DNA of 64,000 nt from an uncultured Gammaproteobacteria bacterium (GTDB lineage Bacteria > Patescibacteriota > Patescibacteriia > UBA9570). Shown here in pieces: positions 19,881 through 29,367 of the stretch. The notes beneath the pieces were generated by a model, which saw nothing but the letters and a program-made list of their open reading frames with translations, ran no database searches and was not told the origin of the DNA. Where the stretch lies: NCBI GenBank assembly GCA_964385285.1, contig CAYLOJ010000005.1, forward strand, positions 493 to 64,492, read 5' to 3'. A program made the position numbers and the translations under genes. How positions within the stretch are numbered: the first letter of the stretch is position 1; each line of letters begins with the position of its first letter.

Positions 19881-19983
19881 TTGACATGTGACTGAATAAT
19901 TTATACTAAGGTTAGGTGAAAATAAATATTCGAACGCTAAAAATCTAATTCCATTTGACCACGTTAAGCCATTCCATTACGCT
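19881..19983 (+). promoter_or_regulatory. tandem promoter/operator, copy A
   Basis: TTGACA..TATACT and TTGACC-17-TACGCT; 34-nt core 28/34 identical to copy B. Confidence 0.6.
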
Positions 19984-19989
19984 TCTGTT

Positions 19990-21567
19990 ATGCCAACTCG
20001 TACATGTACCAATTGCTCCGGACAATTTAATCTCTCATCTGCAGATGAAAAATTTTATCAGTCCATCAGTGCACCACTACCCAAACAGTGTCCGCGTTGT
20101 CGCCAGCAGCGGCGCTTAGCGTATCGTAACGAACGCGCATTATTTGCTGATCAGTGTGCGAAATGTCAAACAAAGATTTTGTCATTGTATCAACCCACGG
20201 ATGGTTTGACGGTCTATTGCCAGACGTGTTGGTGGAGTGATGATTGGGATGCAGCCGATTATGGACAGGAGATCGATTGGAATCGTTCATTGTTGGAGCA
20301 ATATCAGGAAGTACGCAAACGTGTACCGCGCCTAGCCATTGTCAATTTGAATAGTGAAAATTCAGATTACACCAACATGTCAGCGGACAACAAAAATTGT
20401 TATCTATTGTTCGCATCAGAAAACTGTGAGAACTGTTCCTATGGAAAATTAGTTCAACACTGCAAAGACTGCTTTGATAATGCTTTTCTGTATGATTCTG
20501 AATTGTGTTATGAATGCATTAATTGTCGCAATTGTTTTCAGTGTACATATTTGCAGGATTCCCAAGACTCACGAGATTGTCATTACTCGTTAGGCTTAAA
20601 AGGTTGCAGTAATGTTTTTTTAAGCAATGATTTGCATAATAAAGAGTATTATATTCGTAACCAACCCGTTGCCCCGCAGGAATATGCAGCCAAGGTAGCA
20701 GAGTTATTAAAGGATCAACCGCAATGTCAGCGAGAATGGGATGCGTTATCACAAAAACGGATTGTAAAATACGCCGGAATTTTGAATAGCCCAGATTGCA
20801 CTGGTGACGCACTGACCAATTGTAAACGTGTGTTTGACTCGTATGATATTACCGATGGTCAAGATATCCGTTATTGCAGTGATGCCCTCACTCCGAAAGA
20901 TAGTTATGATTGTTCATTCTTCTATTACAATCCAGAATTGTGTTACGACTCACTCAGCATGCTGGAAACATACAACGTGCATTATTCAACCTTTATTTTT
21001 TATAGTCGTGATGTTGAATATGGTGATCAGATCCACAATAGTCATGACGTCTTATTATCTTCTTGCCTCCGTAAAAAAGAGTACACCATATTAAATAAAG
21101 TTTACTCTCCTACGGAATACGCAGACTTACGGAAGCGAGTGATTGCTAAAATGACCGAAGATGGTGAATACGGAGCCTTGCCGCCACTGAAGTATAGTTT
21201 GTTTGCCTATAATGATACTGTCGCTAACGAATACTTTCCATTGACCGCTGATCAAGCCAAACAAAGACATCTACGTTGGAACCAATCCGCAGATGCTGTA
21301 ACTACTAAGCCCTTTAACCTGACAGCGGCCGAAAAAGCCTTTTACGCTCAATTACATTTAACCGAACCTACTGTACATCCCGAACTGCGTCATCGTCGTC
21401 GCATGGCTAAACGTAATCCACGCAAATTATGGGAGCGCCAGTGTATGTGCGTGGAGGCAGATCATCAGCACGCCGTACAGTGTCCTAAGAAGTTTCACAC
21501 TACGTATATGCCTGATCGTTCAGAAAGTGTCTATTGTGCCGAGTGTTATCAAAAACGTTTTTACTAA
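19990..21567 (+). CDS. Cys-rich zinc-ribbon repeat protein, paralog 3
   Basis: Same motif series. Confidence 0.85.
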   Translation: MPTRTCTNCSGQFNLSSADEKFYQSISAPLPKQCPRCRQQRRLAYRNERALFADQCAKCQTKILSLYQPTDGLTVYCQTCWWSDDWDAADYGQEIDWNRSLLEQYQEVRKRVPRLAIVNLNSENSDYTNMSADNKNCYLLFASENCENCSYGKLVQHCKDCFDNAFLYDSELCYECINCRNCFQCTYLQDSQDSRDCHYSLGLKGCSNVFLSNDLHNKEYYIRNQPVAPQEYAAKVAELLKDQPQCQREWDALSQKRIVKYAGILNSPDCTGDALTNCKRVFDSYDITDGQDIRYCSDALTPKDSYDCSFFYYNPELCYDSLSMLETYNVHYSTFIFYSRDVEYGDQIHNSHDVLLSSCLRKKEYTILNKVYSPTEYADLRKRVIAKMTEDGEYGALPPLKYSLFAYNDTVANEYFPLTADQAKQRHLRWNQSADAVTTKPFNLTAAEKAFYAQLHLTEPTVHPELRHRRRMAKRNPRKLWERQCMCVEADHQHAVQCPKKFHTTYMPDRSESVYCAECYQKRFY

Positions 21568-21586
21568 CTTCTGAGCTGGTTGAAGT

Positions 21587-23257
21587 ATGAATATCCAATG
21601 CCAACAGTGTCACAAAACGTTTCAGGTCACGCCCGATGACCAGTCGTTTTACGAACGGATCAAAGTACCTGCACCGACACTATGTCCAGATTGTCGCTAT
21701 CAGCGGCGCATTGTGTGGAGGAATGAGCGAACGTTATATAGTCGCCAGTGTGATCTTTGCCATAAAGGTATTATCTCGCTCTATCATCCGGCAAGTCCCT
21801 ACACGGTCTATTGCTATGAGTGCTGGTACTCTGATCAATGGAATCCATTAGATTACGGGCAGGAGATCGATTTTAGTCGTCCATTTTTTGAGCAGTTCAA
21901 AGCGTTGCAGCTAAAAGTCCCTCGGTTGTATGCCTTGATGGTTAACAATGAAAATTGTGAATATACCAATGGTACTCAGCAATGCAAAGATTGTTACATG
22001 ATTTTTGCTAGTGATCATGACGAACAGTGTATGTATTCCTATGGCACCTTTAATTCTGTGCAATCATTAGATCTAATGAGTAGTACTAAATGTGAGCTGT
22101 GTTATGAATGTGTTGGTTGCAGCAATTGTTATGATCTGCAGTATTCTGAGGATTGCAGTAATTGTCACTCCTCACTATTTCTGATTGACTGCAAGGGGAG
22201 TAGTGATTGCTTCATGTCGTATGGATTGCGAAATAAACAATATGTTTGGCAAAATCAGCAATTAACAGCTGAACAGTATCAGACAAAGCTGGCAAATTTA
22301 AAACGCAGTAGCTATCAAACGATTGCTCGGCTAAAAACAGAGTTTGCTAATCTGAAAAAGAAACACATCTTCAAATATTATCATGGCCAGAATAATGAGA
22401 ATTGTTCTGGTGACTACCTGGAGCGGTGTGTCAATAGTACTCACTGCTTTGAAAGTTTTGGGATTCAAAATTGCAAGTATATTACACATGGTAACCAAAT
22501 TAAAGATACCTATGATGGTTATATGAATGTGGATGGAGTGGAGCTCGGTTATGAATTAGTGGGGGCGATTGGTTCCTATAATGTGAAGTATGCGATTGCC
22601 TATTATGGTGGCCGAGATTGTGACTATATGGATACGGCCAAACAGGTGAATAACAGTTTTGGTTGTGTGGGATTGCAGCACCAGCAGTATTGTATTCTGA
22701 ACAAACGCTACAGCCCAGAAGACTATGCCCAGTTGAAGAGTCGTCTGATTGAACATATGAAAACTACGGGTGAGTATGGTCAGAATTTTCCAGTGACCTG
22801 TTCACCATTCGCGTATAATGAAACAGCAGCTCAGGACATGTATCCTTTGACCAAAGCTGAAGTGGAGGGTCGGGGATGGCAATGGCGTGATCCAATCGTC
22901 AAAGAGGCGCGCTATAGTACTTATCGTGTAACGGATGACATCGCTAAAACTAATGATGATGTCTTGCAAACATTTTTGACCTGTGCGCAATGCCATAAGC
23001 CTTATAGAGTTGTAGCAGCAGAATTGGCGTTTTACCGTACGCAACAGATTCCGTTGCCACGCTGCTGTTTTGAATGTCGTCATCGCCAGCGCTTAGATCA
23101 CCGCAACCCGAGAGCTCTCTGGCATAGGCAGTGCATGTGCACTCAACCAGATCATGGCCACGCTGCAGTTTGTGCCAACACCTTTGAAACGGCTTATCCA
23201 GAGAGTAATGCGGCAATTGTCTACTGTGAACGCTGCTACGATCAAACCATTGCTTAA
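21587..23257 (+). CDS. Cys-rich zinc-ribbon repeat protein, paralog 4
   Basis: Same motif series. Confidence 0.85.
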   Translation: MNIQCQQCHKTFQVTPDDQSFYERIKVPAPTLCPDCRYQRRIVWRNERTLYSRQCDLCHKGIISLYHPASPYTVYCYECWYSDQWNPLDYGQEIDFSRPFFEQFKALQLKVPRLYALMVNNENCEYTNGTQQCKDCYMIFASDHDEQCMYSYGTFNSVQSLDLMSSTKCELCYECVGCSNCYDLQYSEDCSNCHSSLFLIDCKGSSDCFMSYGLRNKQYVWQNQQLTAEQYQTKLANLKRSSYQTIARLKTEFANLKKKHIFKYYHGQNNENCSGDYLERCVNSTHCFESFGIQNCKYITHGNQIKDTYDGYMNVDGVELGYELVGAIGSYNVKYAIAYYGGRDCDYMDTAKQVNNSFGCVGLQHQQYCILNKRYSPEDYAQLKSRLIEHMKTTGEYGQNFPVTCSPFAYNETAAQDMYPLTKAEVEGRGWQWRDPIVKEARYSTYRVTDDIAKTNDDVLQTFLTCAQCHKPYRVVAAELAFYRTQQIPLPRCCFECRHRQRLDHRNPRALWHRQCMCTQPDHGHAAVCANTFETAYPESNAAIVYCERCYDQTIA

Positions 23258-23273
23258 TAGCGTATAAGTTCAA

Positions 23274-23378
23274 TTGACATTCACGTATTTTTTGCTAACC
23301 TAAAATTAGGTATTTTTTGAATTTTCCCCAGCTAAATATCTAAATACAATTGACCACGCTTAGCACTAATATTACCGT
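23274..23378 (+). promoter_or_regulatory. tandem promoter/operator, copy B
   Basis: TTGACA-16-TAACCT (extended TG) and TTGACC-17-TACCGT. Confidence 0.6.
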
Positions 23379-23395
23379 AAGATCATTGCACCACT

Positions 23396-24172
23396 ATGAT
23401 TACTAGCAAAGTTAAGAAAGATCTTTCCCAACTAGGTTTAACCGACAACGAGATCAAATTCTATGTGGCCGGATTGGAGTTAGGCTTGGCGACGATTCCA
23501 CAAATTGCTGAACGCGCCGGTTTATCCCGCATGACTGGTTATAACATTTTTAAAGTGTTGAGCCAGAAAGGGATGGCCGATATGGATGTACGTAGTTATG
23601 GTCAGAAATGTAAAGTGGCGAAACCAGCAAAATTACTCACTTTGTTTGAGCAGGAACGCAAAAGCTTAGATAAATTGGCCACCGACATGCCCAATTTAAT
23701 TGGGGAGTTGAATGTGTTGTATTCCTCAGTACCAGAGGATTTAGAGATCCATTACTTTCGCGCGAAAGAAGCGATCACTAAAATTTGGGACGAGGCCTTA
23801 ACCAACACAAAAAAAGGGGATGATCTATTAGTGCTATCCGCTGTAGATCTAGCGCCTACTCTGGGTGAACACTATCTGGAATTCATGGAAGAGCAACTGT
23901 TGCGTAGTACAGAGAAAGGGATTCACCTGAAAATGATTTTGGAAAAAACAGGTACCTATACCATCGCGCGAAGTGAGCTACAGCAACTTATTCCAGAATC
24001 AATGCAAATGAAATTAGGCGCTACATGTGATCAATTGATTTATGCTGATCACGTGGCCTACATATTTCCAGGCCGTGAATTGTTTGGCATCACTATTCAC
24101 AATAAAGAATTGGCTAATCACCATTCCAGAATTTTCTACACGTTGTGGAATAAAACCTATTCGTTAAATTAA
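23396..24172 (+). CDS. TrmB-family transcriptional regulator
   Basis: LGLTDNEIKFY..LELG...IAERAGLSRMTGYNIFKVLSQKG winged HTH plus C-terminal sensor-like domain. Confidence 0.82.
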   Translation: MITSKVKKDLSQLGLTDNEIKFYVAGLELGLATIPQIAERAGLSRMTGYNIFKVLSQKGMADMDVRSYGQKCKVAKPAKLLTLFEQERKSLDKLATDMPNLIGELNVLYSSVPEDLEIHYFRAKEAITKIWDEALTNTKKGDDLLVLSAVDLAPTLGEHYLEFMEEQLLRSTEKGIHLKMILEKTGTYTIARSELQQLIPESMQMKLGATCDQLIYADHVAYIFPGRELFGITIHNKELANHHSRIFYTLWNKTYSLN

Positions 24173-24258
24173 TTACCGTTTAGTAATGGGCATAAAGCCC
24201 ATCCCTCTCAATTATTTCTGGAGACCCCGGGTTTATCCTGGTGGTCAAACGATTATTT

Positions 24259-25887
24259 ATGCAAACTTCCCAATGTCAAAATTGTAGTAAAACCTTCCGT
24301 ATCACTGATACTGATTTAGCATTTTACAAAACGATCGATGTTCCATCACCCACACATTGTCCAGATTGTCGACAACGTCGGCGGTTAGCCTGGCGCAATG
24401 AGCATACGTTATATAACCGGCAGTGCGATCTCTGTAAAAAAGCCATTGTCTCGATTTATCCGGCCAACTCCACGTTTACAATTTATTGCCATGACTGCTG
24501 GTGGAGTGATCAGTGGAACGCTTTAGATTATGGACAGGCGATTGATTGGGAAAGACCATTTTTTGCGCAGTGGAATGAACTGCAGCAAAAAGTGCCCAAG
24601 ATTGCCTTGTACGCAGCTGACAATGAACAATCGGATTATGTGAATATGACCGGATACAGCAAAGGTTGCTATTTAGTATTCGCCGGCGATTACGATGAGG
24701 ATTGCATGTATTCCACGCAAGCCATTAAATCGATTAGTTGTGTGGATACGTTGAATTGCACCGAAAGTGAGGATTGTTACGAAGTGGTCGATGTGGAGCG
24801 GTGTTACCGATTGTTTTGGTCACAGAATTGCAAGCATTGCACGGATAGTATGTTTTTATTTGATTGTCGTGGTTGTACAGATTGTTTATTTTCTACTAAC
24901 TTACGCAACCAACGCTATTACATTTTTAATAAGGAATATACACCAGAACAATATCAACAAAAAAAAGCTGAGTTAATTGCCGAAATCCGTTCTGGTAAGT
25001 TGCCGAGCCTGTTAAGACAGTTTCAAGACTTATGCATTAAAGCCATCCATCGTCCCTTGGAACAAGCCAATAGTGAAGCGATCTCCGGTGACTTTATCTT
25101 TAATTCTCAGGATGCGCAGCAATGTTATGACGTAAATGGTATTGAACATTGCCGCTATGTGTACACAGGATTTCATGTGAAGGACCTTATGGATGTCTGT
25201 CATACCACTGATATCGAATTAGGCTATGAGGCCACCAGCATTGGCTATAACGCATATAATTGTCAGTTTGTGATGACCGCTTGGACTGTACGAGATTGTT
25301 ATTACAGCACTGAGATTTTTCATAGTCATGATCTCTTTGGCTGTGTTGGCTTATCCAAGCAACAATTCTGTATATTAAATACACAGTACACCGAAGAGGA
25401 GTATCATCAGCTCAAGAAAAAATTGGTGGATCAGATGCGTGCAACAGGTGAGTATGGCGAGTTTTTTCCTATGTCACTCAGCCCGTTTGCCTATAACGCT
25501 AGCATGGCACAGGTGTGGTATCCGTTAACACGCGAGCAAGTTCAGGCTGAACAATTGCAATGGTATGAAGAGCCGGCCAAACTGAACACCAGCGGTACAG
25601 ATGTGCTGAGGTGCACCAAGACTGGTAGGTCATATCGTGTTATTCCACAGGAGCGTGCTTGGTATCAGCGAATGGGATTACCGATTCCAGTAGTGTGCCC
25701 TGATGAACGTCGCCGTCTCCGTTTTATTCAACGCAATCCACGCCAATTATGGCAACGGCAGTGCATGTGTACACAAACTGATCATCAACATCATGGACGT
25801 TGTAGCGAAGAGTTTGCCACTACCTATGCTCCAGATCGGAAAGAGCTAGTATATTGTGAGCACTGCTACCAGAAAGAGGTGCTTTAA
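24259..25887 (+). CDS. Cys-rich zinc-ribbon repeat protein, paralog 5
   Basis: Same motif series; start MQTSQC matches the paralog N-termini. Confidence 0.85.
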   Translation: MQTSQCQNCSKTFRITDTDLAFYKTIDVPSPTHCPDCRQRRRLAWRNEHTLYNRQCDLCKKAIVSIYPANSTFTIYCHDCWWSDQWNALDYGQAIDWERPFFAQWNELQQKVPKIALYAADNEQSDYVNMTGYSKGCYLVFAGDYDEDCMYSTQAIKSISCVDTLNCTESEDCYEVVDVERCYRLFWSQNCKHCTDSMFLFDCRGCTDCLFSTNLRNQRYYIFNKEYTPEQYQQKKAELIAEIRSGKLPSLLRQFQDLCIKAIHRPLEQANSEAISGDFIFNSQDAQQCYDVNGIEHCRYVYTGFHVKDLMDVCHTTDIELGYEATSIGYNAYNCQFVMTAWTVRDCYYSTEIFHSHDLFGCVGLSKQQFCILNTQYTEEEYHQLKKKLVDQMRATGEYGEFFPMSLSPFAYNASMAQVWYPLTREQVQAEQLQWYEEPAKLNTSGTDVLRCTKTGRSYRVIPQERAWYQRMGLPIPVVCPDERRRLRFIQRNPRQLWQRQCMCTQTDHQHHGRCSEEFATTYAPDRKELVYCEHCYQKEVL

Positions 25888-26450
25888 CGTTTGTCCAAGT
25901 ACCGCTTGATCTGTTCAAGTAGCAATGGAAAAGTTTGATAACCCGCAGCAGAGTTTAAGTGTCCACCAGCTGGAATCATCGTAACTGGTACTTGCAAACC
26001 CTGACTGATTTGTTCTGCACATTGCTGTGACACATACGGATCATTATCGCCGTGGTATAGCCTAATTACTGAGCAATGTTCCTTAATAGCTGGCCAGTTA
26101 AATGCGTGATCTACAAATGTAGCATTGATTAGATCAAACTTTGGATTATTGAGGCGGGTGGCAAAACCGGCTACTAAGTAGGCCGCCCCTACAGTGTATT
26201 GCTCCAGGAGATGAAGTACGAAGGTTGCTCCCAAACTGTGTCCAATTAAAATGCTGTCGGGTTGAATTTGTTTTTTGTAAGGCGTTAGTACTTTTAACCA
26301 AGTGTCCAAAGATTGTTCATTCGGGGTCGGAAAAGTGGGAGTAATCACTGAACAGCCAAGATGTTCTAATTCCTGTTTTAACCACGGTATCCAGTTTTCG
26401 TTTGCATTTCCGTAGGCTCCATGTAAGATAAAGACAGTCATAGGTTTCAT
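25884..26450 (-). CDS. RBBP9/YdeN-family alpha/beta hydrolase
   Basis: HG..NWIPWL, GHSLG nucleophile, DNDPYV, GGHLN. Confidence 0.88.
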   Translation of the reverse strand: MKPMTVFILHGAYGNANENWIPWLKQELEHLGCSVITPTFPTPNEQSLDTWLKVLTPYKKQIQPDSILIGHSLGATFVLHLLEQYTVGAAYLVAGFATRLNNPKFDLINATFVDHAFNWPAIKEHCSVIRLYHGDNDPYVSQQCAEQISQGLQVPVTMIPAGGHLNSAAGYQTFPLLLEQIKRYLDKR

Positions 26451-26561
26451 GATTGATGAAGTTAACTGACCATTAAAAGCAATACAAATAGTTAAAGTGG
26501 TAGTTAGTAGAGATTGTATAGTGCTTTTATAAATTTTACTAGTTAGTGATATAACTCCATC

Positions 26562-27584
26562 ATGAAAAAACGGGTTCAGCGTAAAAAGGAATCGTTAGTG
26601 CTCGGCAAGATGCTCAAAAAGATTGCACCGCAAATCGGTGCTAGTGTTGTGATAGAACCAGAGTGGGGGATGACCGGACGTATTACGTTTAAGAGCGGTC
26701 GTCATTCCTACTTTCGCTATAACACGCTTGATCTGAATCCGGTGGGTAGTTCCGATATTGCTAAAGATAAAAACTTTGCTGATTATTTCATGCGCTCACT
26801 CGGCTACCAAACTGTGCCCGACAGCAAAACGTTTTTTTCGCAGGCCTGGGCAGAGACGATCGGTCTGCCTAGTCGAACCATCGATGCCGCTTATCGTTAT
26901 GCGTGCGGATTAGGTTTCCCCGTGGTCGTCAAACCGAATAGCGGTAGCCAAGGTTCCGGTGTAGCATTGGTCTATAATCAACGTGAATTTTACACCGCTA
27001 TGCGAGCCATTTTTAAAGCGGATCGCGTCGCTTTAGTGCAACGCCCTGTACGCGGTAATGATTATCGCTGCGTCGTACTCGACAATCGTGTAATCTCTAC
27101 TTACTTGCGCAAACCGTTAGAAGTGGTTGGCGATGGCCGTTCTTCGATTCGTCAATTATTGAATCGGAAGCAACTTGAGTTTCGTGCAGCCAAACGCGAT
27201 ACCCAGATTAATGCCGCTGATCCTAGAATTGCTCGCAAACTTAAGCATTTACGACTAACGTGGAGAACCGTACTGGCGAAAGGTCAGCAGCTGTCTTTGC
27301 TCGATAATGCCAACTTATCTACCGGTGGCGAGGCAATCGACGTGACCGCAAACGTGCATCCTGCTTTCAAAAAACTCGTCATTCAACTGACACGTGATAT
27401 GGGACTGCGGTTATGTGGTGTTGATTTAATGGTCGATGGAGAAATTAGTAGTCAGCCGGACAAATATACAATTTTGGAAATCAATGCTGCACCGGGTTTA
27501 GACCACTATGTCAAAATGGGCAAACAACAAGAGCGAATTGTGGAGCAGCTCTATTTAGAAGTATTGAAACATTTGGAGCGCTAA
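26562..27584 (+). CDS. stand-alone ATP-grasp ligase (cyanophycin synthetase/GshAB-like)
   Basis: PVVVKPNSGSQGSGV, DYR, GDGRSSI, ANLSTGG, GVDL, EINAAPG. Confidence 0.8.
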   Translation: MKKRVQRKKESLVLGKMLKKIAPQIGASVVIEPEWGMTGRITFKSGRHSYFRYNTLDLNPVGSSDIAKDKNFADYFMRSLGYQTVPDSKTFFSQAWAETIGLPSRTIDAAYRYACGLGFPVVVKPNSGSQGSGVALVYNQREFYTAMRAIFKADRVALVQRPVRGNDYRCVVLDNRVISTYLRKPLEVVGDGRSSIRQLLNRKQLEFRAAKRDTQINAADPRIARKLKHLRLTWRTVLAKGQQLSLLDNANLSTGGEAIDVTANVHPAFKKLVIQLTRDMGLRLCGVDLMVDGEISSQPDKYTILEINAAPGLDHYVKMGKQQERIVEQLYLEVLKHLER

Positions 27585-28390
27585 CGTGCACTGCTACGCG
27601 CGCGGATAGCCATGAACAGAGGAAACTCTTGGCGCGATCGGTTTTCAGCTTTGGCACGGGCACCGGGCAAACTGGCTCGATCTGATGTCCATTCTTCGAG
27701 TGCATCAATCATGAAGCCTGCTTTGGCTAAGCCTTGAATATAATCTTGCAAAGGATGATGAAATGAAATCGTACTTTCAGATTCACGTTTACCTGGATGC
27801 GCGGATAACGCCACGTGATAGGGTGACAGGTAAGTATCAATACGACGGTATTGTAATTTGCGTTGCTCATCAAAGCCCCAACCACTTTGTTTGGGTGGTC
27901 GAAAGGCAGGATGATTGAGCACAATCACGAATGAGGCACCGGGTTTGAGCACTTCTGCGGCTTGATCAAATACAGCTTGATAATCGGCAATGTTCTGCAT
28001 TGCCAGGATGCAGGTAGCACCATCAAATCGCAATTTCATAATTTCACGAGGAAAGTGGGTTGCATCGCCGACGAAGAATTCAGCTCCACGGGCATGTTTT
28101 TGTCTGGCTTGGGCAATCAGATCACGCGCTAAATCAAATCCCGTGACTAAGGCTTTGTGCCGTTGGGTTAATTTTAAAGCAAACGAACCCTCGCCACAGG
28201 CAATATCCAAATAATGTTTCCCAGCTTTCGGTTGTAATAGGGCCAGGGTTTTTGGGAAAATCAAAGTACTTTGGTAAGTGCCTTTATCTTGCAGATGTTT
28301 CCCGTACCAACCAGCCACAGAGTTCCAATCCGTCCGTTTTGGGCGATCTTCTACATGACGACGATTATTTTTGGGATAACGCGGGCGCAT
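27581..28390 (-). CDS. class I SAM-dependent methyltransferase
   Basis: LDIACGEG, LKPGASF, NHPAFR. Confidence 0.85.
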   Translation of the reverse strand: MRPRYPKNNRRHVEDRPKRTDWNSVAGWYGKHLQDKGTYQSTLIFPKTLALLQPKAGKHYLDIACGEGSFALKLTQRHKALVTGFDLARDLIAQARQKHARGAEFFVGDATHFPREIMKLRFDGATCILAMQNIADYQAVFDQAAEVLKPGASFVIVLNHPAFRPPKQSGWGFDEQRKLQYRRIDTYLSPYHVALSAHPGKRESESTISFHHPLQDYIQGLAKAGFMIDALEEWTSDRASLPGARAKAENRSRQEFPLFMAIRARSSAR

Positions 28391-28394
28391 AAGG

Positions 28395-29351
28395 TTATTG
28401 CGGTAAAGTAACTTTAGACTGTCGATAAGATACTAACCCATCTTTGGCCATTGTGGCAATGACTGCTGTTAGCCAGGGCAACCGTTCCGCTTTCCAGTCA
28501 GGCTGAATGGCTTTGCCAATTTGCGTTAGGGTAGCTACTTGGTGCGTCTGTAAATACTGCAGAATCTTGCCGCGCCAGATGCGTCTTGGTTGCCCGAAGT
28601 AGAGTGGTTCTGTCCGTTTGGTTTTTACCCGTAGCTGCTCAGGGTTGGCTTTGAGAATGGACGGATACGATTTACAGATAGTTTGCATCGGGCAAACTGC
28701 ACACTTTGGACGCTTGGCAATGCAGATGGTTGCTCCGAAATCCATCATCCCTTGATTGAAATCGTAAGGTGATTTAGCCCGTTCAATGATCATCCGGCTC
28801 AGTGTCCAGAAGAGACCGTGCTCATCACGCAGCTGTTCTAATTTTTTGAAGCCAAAAAAAATTCTCCCTAAGACGCGTTTAATATTTGTATCTACTAATG
28901 GAGCGCGCTGTTTAAAAGCAAAGCTAGCAATCGCGTGAGCGGTATATTCACCAATTCCTTTAAAGGTTTGCAGTTCGGCAATGTCGGTGGGGAACTGACC
29001 CGCATAATCTCGTAGTACTCGTTGGGCAATCTGATGCAATGCTAAGGCGCGACGGTTGTAACCTAGGCCTGCCCATTCTTGTAGTACTGCGGCGGTTGGA
29101 GCTGCAGCTAAACTTTGCACCGTTGGAAACCGTTTGAGCCAGCGTTCGTAACGCTCAATCACTGTGATCACCTGAGTTTGTTGTAGCATCACTTCAGAGA
29201 TCAGAATGCGATACGGATCGTGCGTATTACGCCATGGCAAATCGCGTCCGGACTTTTGATACCAGCTAATCAGTTTACGTGGAAATTGTGCCAATTGCGC
29301 TGAATCGACTGTAAAACTTTGCAAGTGAGTTGACACCTTAATTCTTGGCAT
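28395..29351 (-). CDS. mutY: A/G-specific adenine glycosylase, short form
   Basis: RDLPWR, SEVMLQQT, WAGLGY, HhH GIGEYTA, VDTN, CxxxxxxCxxCxxxxxC Fe-S motif; no NUDIX-like tail recognised. Confidence 0.9.
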   Translation of the reverse strand: MPRIKVSTHLQSFTVDSAQLAQFPRKLISWYQKSGRDLPWRNTHDPYRILISEVMLQQTQVITVIERYERWLKRFPTVQSLAAAPTAAVLQEWAGLGYNRRALALHQIAQRVLRDYAGQFPTDIAELQTFKGIGEYTAHAIASFAFKQRAPLVDTNIKRVLGRIFFGFKKLEQLRDEHGLFWTLSRMIIERAKSPYDFNQGMMDFGATICIAKRPKCAVCPMQTICKSYPSILKANPEQLRVKTKRTEPLYFGQPRRIWRGKILQYLQTHQVATLTQIGKAIQPDWKAERLPWLTAVIATMAKDGLVSYRQSKVTLPQ

Positions 29352-29367
29352 GGTTGGATAATACCAC

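Noticed and set aside
19905-19970. SAM-II/SAM-V or preQ1 riboswitch in the duplicated spacer
   Set aside because: Core riboswitch nucleotides are missing, and correctly spaced promoter elements explain much of the conservation
16618-25887. Cys-rich array as DGR targets or a recombination cassette system
   Set aside because: Paralogs are diverged throughout, no near-identical template repeat seen, and no RT or recombinase in the window
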